Position numbers and translations under genes: made by a program. Below the pieces are notes generated by a model that worked only from the letters and a program-made list of their open reading frames with translations, searched no databases and was not told the DNA's origin. This document shows positions 36,772 through 44,381 of a stretch of 54,884 bases of DNA, in pieces. The stretch comes from a bacterium. GTDB lineage: Bacteria > Elusimicrobiota > JBDRMW01. Positions within the stretch are counted from its first letter, which is position 1, and every line of letters starts with the position of its first letter. The DNA lies in NCBI GenBank assembly GCA_043811735.1, contig JBDRMW010000127.1, forward strand, positions 1 through 54,884, read 5' to 3'.

Positions 36772-36857
36772 GTTTTAAATAGCTGATAAATGCCCCTCTT
36801 ACAGAGGTATCTTTTTTATCGAGAATAAAATAATATTAATTTTATATGGAGGCATGT

Positions 36858-39800
36858 ATGCGTAAAGCTTTATCTGTCTTAATCTCTGCTTTAATTATCT
36901 TCCCCCAATCCGGATTTTCATTAACCCCTCCTTCTGATTTAAATATAAATAGTTTAATTTCTAAAGAATTTGAATTGAAACCTTGTTATTTCTTTGGTCA
37001 TAATCTTGAAGGAATAAATTTAACTGATGCCCTCCCTGCCGGCGTTAATTCAAAAGAGATTAAAGGTGGTAAAGGTGATGGTTTAGCAGAAATGGCTAAT
37101 TTGGATATCCCCGGTGCTTCCGGATTTACGGTGACAACGGTTGAAGCAAAAAAATATTTTGATAAGGGTGGCGAACTTGGCCATGAAGTGCTGAGATCAA
37201 TTAGAGCAAATTTGGATAAACTCCAAGAAGCTACCGGCAAAAAACTGGGAGATCCAAATAATCCATTACTGGTAAGTGTACGTTCAGGGGCTGCTGTATC
37301 TATGCCGGGGATGATGGATACGATTCTTAATATAGGGCTTAATGATGAGATGGTTAAGGTAATGATCGCAAAGGATAATTCAAAAGAAAGATTTATTTTG
37401 GATAGTTACCGGCGTCTTATCATGATGTACGGAGATGTGGTTTTAGGACTTGGTAAAGAAGGGTTTGATGAGATATTTAATGCAATAAAGAAGAGAAGAA
37501 AAGCAGTTTTAAAGGTTGTAAAAGTTGTTGATCTTGATTTAACGGTTAATGATTTAAGAGAGGCGGTAGATTCATTCAAAAAATATATTACTGAGAAGGC
37601 AAAACTTTTTCCCCAGGATCCCTTTGAACAGATTCTTGCTGCAATAATCGCTGTGTTTGAATCAAGCAATAATGAAAGTGCGAAAGCATACCGCAAACAG
37701 AACAATATCCCGGCTGATGTATTGTCAGCTGCTACTGTACATGAAATGGTATTCGGTAATATGGGCGATGATTGTGGGACCGGTGTTGCTTTTACCCGGG
37801 ATCCGTCAACAGGAGAAAATGTGTTTTATGGTGAATATATGGCCAATGCGCAGGGGGAAGATATTGTTGCAGGAGTACGTACCCCGGTGCCGGTTAATAT
37901 TGCGGGGAAGAAGAAGTTTATCGAGGATCATCCTGACTATCGTGGAAGAGAAGATGAGATTGTAAGTTTAGAAGAACAGAATTCAGATGCATATGCTCTT
38001 TTAATGGAATACGTTGAAAGATTAGAAAACCATTATAATGATATGCTTGATCTTGAGTTTACCGTTGAAAAAGGTGTCTTAAAAATGCTGCAGGTACGGG
38101 TCGGTAAACGTACGGGAGTGGCTGCGTTAAATATTTTAATGGATTTATATGATGATACCTCAGTTGATGGGGATGCAAGTAAGAATAGAGCCTTACGTAG
38201 AAAAATTGATGAAGAAGAAGCGGTTATGCGGATGGAACCAGACCAGGTTGCTGAGTTTCTTTTCCCGGTGTTTGATGCAGAAGCTAAGGCTCAAGCAAAA
38301 GCTGAAAATAGATATTTAGCAAAAGGATTAAATGCATCTCCGGGTGCAGCGGTCGGGAAAGTTGTGTTTAGTACAACTGAAGTTGAGGATGCGATTAAAG
38401 AAAACAAGGATGCACAAGTTATATTATTGAGGCAGGAAACAGCAGCAGGAGATATTTCAGGAATGATCCTATCCCAGGGGGTCCTCACCGCTACGGGTGG
38501 TAAAACATCCCATGCAGCGGTTGTTGCACGCGGGATGGGTAAAACAGCGGTTGTGGGTGCATCTGATATTGAGATTCATGAAGAAGAAGGATATTTTATG
38601 GTCGGTGACCGGCAGATTAAGCGGGGTGAGGTTATCTCTATTGATGGATATACCGGTGAAATTTTTGCTGGTGAAATTAAGACCAAGGATTCAATTATTC
38701 TGCAAGGATATAAAGATGAAACGCAGTTAAATGAGGATGAACGAAAACTTTTTTACCGGTTTCGGACATTTTTTTACTGGGTTGATCGGTTTAGATCAGG
38801 AGTTCGTGCTAATGCTGAAACCCCAGCTGATGTAACCGCGGCGATTAAATGGTTTGAAGCTGACGGGATCGGTCTGGCACGGACTGAGCATATGTTCTTT
38901 AAAGATGCTGAGATGGGAGAAAATCGGCTCAAAAAATTCAGAAAAATGATTTTAAGCGAAAACCTGGATCCATCAATTCTTGATCAGCTTTCAGCATTTC
39001 AGAAAAATGATTTTAAACAAATAATGAAGATTCTTGCTGGTAAACCAATAACAGTCAGGCTGTTAGATCCGCCGCTTCATGAGTTTCTGCCAAATCCTGA
39101 AACCGATGAAGGGAAAGGAGAGATCAGGGAACTTGCCAAAGACCTTGGTATTAAGCAGGCAAAAGTTATTGAAATGATTGAAGCACAAAAAGAAAAAAAT
39201 CCTATGGCGGGTTTACGAGGTGACCGGCTTTTAATGCTGTATCCTGAGATAGCTGAAATGCAGATAAAAGCGATACTTAATGCGTATAAAGAAACACGTG
39301 CAGAAGAAATTGAAGCAGCGCCTGTTGAAATAGAGATTCCTCTTATTGGTGTAGCTGAAGAACTTGCTTTTTTTGAAAAAATGGTTATTAATATTGCAAA
39401 AAAGCTTGGGCTTATCAGACATAATGATTATCTCATTGGAACAATGATTGAAACACCTTCAGCAGCTGTTATGGCTGATCAGATTGCCAAACATGCTGAT
39501 TTTATGAGTTATGGCACCAATGATGAAACCCAGTTTACGTTTGGATTCAGCCGGGATGATGCGGGGAATTTAGTTATTCCAGCGTATTTAGACAAAGAAA
39601 TTCTTGAGGTTGATCCTTTTGTGACTATTGATAAACATGTTGGTGAGTTAGTCAGGATTGGCACGGCGCTCGGTAAAGGTGCTAACAGCAAACTTGAAGT
39701 AGGATTATGCGGAGAACAGGGCGGTGATCCGGCTTCAATAAGCGAGACGATCATACCCGCAGGTCTTAATTATACTTCATGCAGTGCGTTCCGTGTACTT

Positions 39801-40847
39801 ACGGCGAAACTTGCGTCAGCACAAAAGATGATATCTGACCGGCGGGCAAACAGAGAATCTCACGAACCATATAATCTTGCTGCGATTGAACCATTGTCAG
39901 ATGTTTTTTTGAACTATTTATCTTACGTTCCTTTGGATGGAGCCATGATTAATAATGATCCTGCGGCAAACACATTGGATTTAACCAGAAAACTTATTAT
40001 TGCGCAATTCATTAAATTTAGACATGATGATATTTATAGTGCATTATTAAATAAATTAATCCTGCAATATACTAAAATCTTAACAAATTTAATGCCGGAA
40101 CCAAATCTCAGACTTTTTCTCACGGATTTTAACTTGATTTTTGCTGATATACAACCTTCAGAGATCAGGACATTAGCTAGAGCTTTTAAGATATCACAGG
40201 ATAAAATAAAGGAAATAATAGAAAAGCTCCATGAATCGAATCCGGATTTGGGTACTTTGGGAGTACGTCAGACATTAACTCTTTCCCCTGCGTTATACCA
40301 GGTTCAGATTGAAGCAATATGCCAGGCGATGATACAAAAACCAGCAAGCAAATCTGCTGCTATCATGGTCCCCTTTATTGTTGATCATAAAGAGTTTCAG
40401 ATAATTGTTCAGATGATTGAGGAAATAGCAGGACGTAATAATCTTATCCGCAGAGGGGATTATTATATCGATGCTATTATTGAAACACCGCGTGCGGCAC
40501 TTGATGCAGGTAATATCGCTCCACTGGCTGATTCAATTGTTTTTGATACGCATGGCTTGACTGAATTTGTCCTTGCATTGACCTATAAGGATGCCCAGCG
40601 GTTTTTGCCGAGATTTATTGAAAAAGGTATCTATAAAAAAGATCCGTTTGATGAAGTGCCGGAAAGTGTTAAGCGGTTTATCAGTATAGCGATGCGACGC
40701 ATACTAGATACAGGATTCAACAAGAATGGTTGCTATTTTATGGGCCATGAGAATCTTGATATGAAATTATTGGCTCCATTTCAAGTTGCTGCTCAAAAAG
40801 AAGTTGCTGGTCAAGATTCAGTGAGAGCAATTGACGAAGCACAGTAG
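36858..40847 (+). CDS. ppdK: Pyruvate, phosphate dikinase with about 340-aa C-terminal extension (degenerate second TIM-barrel copy)
   Basis: The ATG at 36858 is preceded by GGAGG (36848-36852). The motifs found are GGKGDGLAEM, the phospho-His context GGKTSHAAVVARGMG, GTNDETQFTFGFSRDD and CGEQGGDP. The ORF then continues from about 39824 to 40847. Confidence 0.9.
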   Translation: MRKALSVLISALIIFPQSGFSLTPPSDLNINSLISKEFELKPCYFFGHNLEGINLTDALPAGVNSKEIKGGKGDGLAEMANLDIPGASGFTVTTVEAKKYFDKGGELGHEVLRSIRANLDKLQEATGKKLGDPNNPLLVSVRSGAAVSMPGMMDTILNIGLNDEMVKVMIAKDNSKERFILDSYRRLIMMYGDVVLGLGKEGFDEIFNAIKKRRKAVLKVVKVVDLDLTVNDLREAVDSFKKYITEKAKLFPQDPFEQILAAIIAVFESSNNESAKAYRKQNNIPADVLSAATVHEMVFGNMGDDCGTGVAFTRDPSTGENVFYGEYMANAQGEDIVAGVRTPVPVNIAGKKKFIEDHPDYRGREDEIVSLEEQNSDAYALLMEYVERLENHYNDMLDLEFTVEKGVLKMLQVRVGKRTGVAALNILMDLYDDTSVDGDASKNRALRRKIDEEEAVMRMEPDQVAEFLFPVFDAEAKAQAKAENRYLAKGLNASPGAAVGKVVFSTTEVEDAIKENKDAQVILLRQETAAGDISGMILSQGVLTATGGKTSHAAVVARGMGKTAVVGASDIEIHEEEGYFMVGDRQIKRGEVISIDGYTGEIFAGEIKTKDSIILQGYKDETQLNEDERKLFYRFRTFFYWVDRFRSGVRANAETPADVTAAIKWFEADGIGLARTEHMFFKDAEMGENRLKKFRKMILSENLDPSILDQLSAFQKNDFKQIMKILAGKPITVRLLDPPLHEFLPNPETDEGKGEIRELAKDLGIKQAKVIEMIEAQKEKNPMAGLRGDRLLMLYPEIAEMQIKAILNAYKETRAEEIEAAPVEIEIPLIGVAEELAFFEKMVINIAKKLGLIRHNDYLIGTMIETPSAAVMADQIAKHADFMSYGTNDETQFTFGFSRDDAGNLVIPAYLDKEILEVDPFVTIDKHVGELVRIGTALGKGANSKLEVGLCGEQGGDPASISETIIPAGLNYTSCSAFRVLTAKLASAQKMISDRRANRESHEPYNLAAIEPLSDVFLNYLSYVPLDGAMINNDPAANTLDLTRKLIIAQFIKFRHDDIYSALLNKLILQYTKILTNLMPEPNLRLFLTDFNLIFADIQPSEIRTLARAFKISQDKIKEIIEKLHESNPDLGTLGVRQTLTLSPALYQVQIEAICQAMIQKPASKSAAIMVPFIVDHKEFQIIVQMIEEIAGRNNLIRRGDYYIDAIIETPRAALDAGNIAPLADSIVFDTHGLTEFVLALTYKDAQRFLPRFIEKGIYKKDPFDEVPESVKRFISIAMRRILDTGFNKNGCYFMGHENLDMKLLAPFQVAAQKEVAGQDSVRAIDEAQ

Positions 40848-40920
40848 CTAAAAAGGAACGTTTATTTAAAAACAAGTATTTTTTTAAATAATTGACTTAA
40901 GGTTAATCAATATGTAAGAT

Positions 40921-40954
40921 AAATTCGCAAAGCATATATATGCTTTGCGAATTT
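40921..40954 (+). terminator. Rho-independent terminator after ppdK
   Basis: A perfect 34-nt palindrome, AAATTCGCAAAGCATAT|ATATGCTTTGCGAATTT, is followed by TTTT (40955-40958). Confidence 0.7.
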
Positions 40955-40981
40955 TTTTGTAATAAATTTTAAGGAGTTTTT

Positions 40982-41428
40982 ATGCAGTGTAAGGGAATTG
41001 TGATTGGGTCGGATCATGCGGGATATAAACTGAAAGAATATATTAAAGATCTATTGTCAAAAAAGAAGTATAAAATTTATGATGTCGGTACCTGTTCTGA
41101 AGAGAGTGTTGATTATCCGGATTATGCTGAAAAAGTCGGGGTGGAGGTTGGCAAATCAAAAAATATTCGAGGTATTGCAATCTGCGGATCCGGGATTGGC
41201 GCATCAATCTCGGTAAATAAAATACCCGGCATCCGCGGGGCATTAGTTCATAATGCACGGGCTGCGCGTTTAAGCCGTGCACATAATGATGCCAATGTGC
41301 TGGTACTTGCCGGCAGGCCGTATAATAAAGAAAATGTAAAAAAGATAATACACGTCTGGTTTAAAACAAAGTTTTTAGGCGGCCGTCATGCACGGCGGAT
41401 AAAAAAAATCTCAAAGCTAGATAAATAG
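40982..41428 (+). CDS. rpiB: Ribose-5-phosphate isomerase B
   Basis: The 148-aa ORF has GSDHAGYKLK and CGSGIGASI. The SD AAGGAG lies upstream. Confidence 0.9.
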   Translation: MQCKGIVIGSDHAGYKLKEYIKDLLSKKKYKIYDVGTCSEESVDYPDYAEKVGVEVGKSKNIRGIAICGSGIGASISVNKIPGIRGALVHNARAARLSRAHNDANVLVLAGRPYNKENVKKIIHVWFKTKFLGGRHARRIKKISKLDK

Positions 41429-41457
41429 GTGACTGTCCCCTATTTATTATTTATCCC

Positions 41458-43056
41458 CTATTTAAATCTGAAGTTCTTTTGGGTTGCTTGGGTGCGGACT
41501 GCGTTTAGAATTGCTGAATCTAAGGTTTGGGTTCCTCCTTCAGCCTGTTCTTTCCTTTTATCTGCGATATATTTGTCCCGTTCAGTTTTTAATTGTTTTA
41601 TCTCATATTGAATTCTTTCTCGTTCTTTTTGCTGAGCAGCTATATAGGTTTTAAGCTCTTCCTGGCTTTTGGATTTAAGCTCCGCAGGCAATTTTTCTAA
41701 TTCAATCTCATCAGCATCTAATCGCCCGTCAACTATTTCATTGACCAGGTCACCCGGGGAGGATTTACTGTACTGTTTCGTTGCTTTAAATAAAGATCGT
41801 TCGACAGATGCTCCTGCAGCAGAATGAGCTTCTGCTTTTTTATCCTGCTGTTTTCTTAAGCTTGATTCTTTTTTACCTTCACTGCCGTATGGTATATATG
41901 TTTTATTATACTCTTTTCCTAACTGCTCAATTTTTGTATCCTGCGGAGCGGGAATAGATACAATCTTTACATCCTGGTCAATATTCAAATACTCTCCATT
42001 ACCTGCTTCAGCGCCTGCGTGCCATTGTTCTGCTATGCCCCGTTGTTTTTGTCCGCAGTAGATGGTATTAATATATATTCCTTTGTTAACCGCTTCCTGT
42101 ACCGCTTTTCTAAAATCAATCGGTCCTTGAGTAAACTGTTCATTGCCGGCGATAAATACGGCTTTGTACACATCTGTATGTGTATCCCATTGAAGTGAGC
42201 CGGCCGCATCACTGATAACAGCTCCGCAGTATTCCTGGCCTCCGTTGGTGGTGAGTGCAAAAAGACTTTCAGAGATTGTATCCAGATTGGTTGTAAAACC
42301 AAGGATCCGGCGGATATAGTTTTCGCTTTGAGCCAGCCCGCTGTTGCCGTATTCATATAAGGCGACCTGAATAGTCGGATTTTCACCGTCTTTTTCTGAA
42401 GATGCCAGCTCATTAACGATTTTCCAGAGCTGTGTTTTTGCCTGCAGGATTAATCCATTCATACTGCTTGAGGTATCCAATAGAATGGCAAGTTGAACCA
42501 AAGCCTCCCCAAGATAGTTGTTAGGATCCGGATCAGCAGGTTTGTCCGGCGGCATCACCGTGCCGGCAGGAAGAACAGGGAAGTCAGTCCACGTTCTATT
42601 TATTTTTTTTCTGCCGGCGGCAAGAATCTTGCCTGATTGGGTATCAATAATACGCGCATTGACTTCTGTTTTGTCTTTCTTTAAATCATTCAAAGTGCCG
42701 GTTACTACGGCGCTTACGCCCAGTAATTTCCCGAGCTCTTTGGTTGTACCGGTGTCGATTACGCCGGTCTGCTCAAGTTTCAATTCTTCAAGAATTTTAT
42801 TAAGCAGGTTCCGCTCGATCACTTCAATATCTTCATGCGCGGCAAAAAAGGTCGTAAACCGTTCCTGAACCAGGGTTGAGCCGCTGCTTATGTAACCGTT
42901 ATGATAGGGAAAACTTAATACCGCAATTTTTTTGTTTGGATAATCTTTAATTTTTTTAGCCATTTTGCCGGTTAATGATTCTAATGGGTCAGCATTGAGC
43001 CTGCCCGCATACAAACTTATGACAGCCATAACGAGGCATGTGCATATTTTTTTCAT
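41458..43056 (-). CDS. Secreted/lipoprotein-like vWA-domain protein with LpoB/CsgG-like N-terminal module and coiled-coil tail
   Basis: The 532-aa ORF has a signal peptide (MKKICTCLVMAVISLYAG). An N-terminal module shows the IAVLSF...VIERNLLNKILEELKLEQTG pattern. The vWA MIDAS motif is LLDTSSSMNG, and the C-terminus is K/E-rich. Confidence 0.75.
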   Translation of the reverse strand: MKKICTCLVMAVISLYAGRLNADPLESLTGKMAKKIKDYPNKKIAVLSFPYHNGYISSGSTLVQERFTTFFAAHEDIEVIERNLLNKILEELKLEQTGVIDTGTTKELGKLLGVSAVVTGTLNDLKKDKTEVNARIIDTQSGKILAAGRKKINRTWTDFPVLPAGTVMPPDKPADPDPNNYLGEALVQLAILLDTSSSMNGLILQAKTQLWKIVNELASSEKDGENPTIQVALYEYGNSGLAQSENYIRRILGFTTNLDTISESLFALTTNGGQEYCGAVISDAAGSLQWDTHTDVYKAVFIAGNEQFTQGPIDFRKAVQEAVNKGIYINTIYCGQKQRGIAEQWHAGAEAGNGEYLNIDQDVKIVSIPAPQDTKIEQLGKEYNKTYIPYGSEGKKESSLRKQQDKKAEAHSAAGASVERSLFKATKQYSKSSPGDLVNEIVDGRLDADEIELEKLPAELKSKSQEELKTYIAAQQKERERIQYEIKQLKTERDKYIADKRKEQAEGGTQTLDSAILNAVRTQATQKNFRFK

Positions 43057-43238
43057 ATTGAAACCCCCCTGTGAATATATGGAAATTCTGTGTTATGTAT
43101 GATAGCCTTTTACCTGCGATAAAGTCAAATCACTTCAAAAAGGTTGTTCTTTTAAGTATACTATTGTATCAGCCGGCAGTAGAGAAATCTTAAAAGGAAA
43201 TCTCTTAAAAAAAACTGTTTGGCAAAGGATAATTTGAT

Positions 43239-43652
43239 ATGGATAATACCCATTCCAACACACGGTTTATATGCGGTGAAATTGTTTTTTATCTGCATCT
43301 GCTGGTTTTTCTCTTTTGGATAATCCCCTTTTTTGTGCCTGCCGCGATTTGGGCTGATCGGGTCACGGTTCACTTTTTTTATATTGTTACATTAGTTTCA
43401 ATTGAAATAGTCAGCGGTATTTTGATGTACCCGGTAACGGGCAGTTTCGACCTGATTTGTCCGATCACGATTTTAATGCAGTGCATCAGAGGATATCGGT
43501 GGCATGAACCTGCTGCGTACCGGCATTCATTTGTGGTTGAGATACTTGAACGTTTACAGGTGCGATTTCAGAAAAAAACAATTACCGTGTTAATTATTGT
43601 ATCAATTCTGATGGTCATGTGCCAGTATTTTTTAGGTTTTCCTTTTGTGTAG
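43239..43652 (+). CDS. Small polytopic membrane protein (DUF2784-like, tentative)
   Basis: The 137-aa ORF has 3-4 hydrophobic segments and a CPIT motif reminiscent of DUF2784. The assignment is weak. Confidence 0.45.
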   Translation: MDNTHSNTRFICGEIVFYLHLLVFLFWIIPFFVPAAIWADRVTVHFFYIVTLVSIEIVSGILMYPVTGSFDLICPITILMQCIRGYRWHEPAAYRHSFVVEILERLQVRFQKKTITVLIIVSILMVMCQYFLGFPFV

Positions 43653-43712
43653 ACTTAGATGAATGTTATATAGTATATTAGTTAAAGAAATTGTATATTC
43701 AGCATATCAATT

Positions 43713-44381
43713 ATGGATAAAATCTCGCGGAAAACAGCATTAAAAACATATTTAAATCAAGAAATAATCTTTGGTGAGGATGAAATAGTTATTACGGACC
43801 GAGGAATGCGGCTGCATGCGTTTAAACAGGAGATTGAAAATTGTCAGAAATGCCCGTTAGGAAAAACGCGGATAAAATTTGTTTTTGGGGCGGGTAATCC
43901 TAACGCACAGCTCATGTTTGTTGGTGAAGGGCCGGGGTATGAGGAAGACCGCCAAGGAGAGCCGTTTGTCGGTGCTGCAGGTAAACTGCTTGATAAGATG
44001 ATTAATGCGATACAGATGAGCAGAGAAACCGTATATATTGCAAATATTGTTAAATGTCATCCGATGAAAGATCCGTCACAACCTGAAAAAAGGGGGAATG
44101 ACCGTCCTCCTGATGCAGCGGAAATCGCCGGGTGTATATCATATTTAGAAAAACAAATGGAGATTATTAAACCTAAAGTTATATGCGCATTAGGAGGAAG
44201 TGCGGCTAAGACACTCCTTAATACAACTGAAGGTATCACGAAACTGCGCGGAAAAGAATTTATATATAACGGTATTCTTCTTATTCCTACCTATCATCCT
44301 TCAGCGTTATTGCGGACCCCTTCATTGAAAAAAGAGGCCTGGGAAGATTTAAAAAAAATTCGAGATGTGTGCACCGCATAA
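43713..44381 (+). CDS. Uracil-DNA glycosylase, family 4
   Basis: It has an N-terminal CxxC (CQKCPL), [23 protein letters not shown] and a late YHPSALLR. Confidence 0.85.
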   Translation: MDKISRKTALKTYLNQEIIFGEDEIVITDRGMRLHAFKQEIENCQKCPLGKTRIKFVFGAGNPNAQLMFVGEGPGYEEDRQGEPFVGAAGKLLDKMINAIQMSRETVYIANIVKCHPMKDPSQPEKRGNDRPPDAAEIAGCISYLEKQMEIIKPKVICALGGSAAKTLLNTTEGITKLRGKEFIYNGILLIPTYHPSALLRTPSLKKEAWEDLKKIRDVCTA

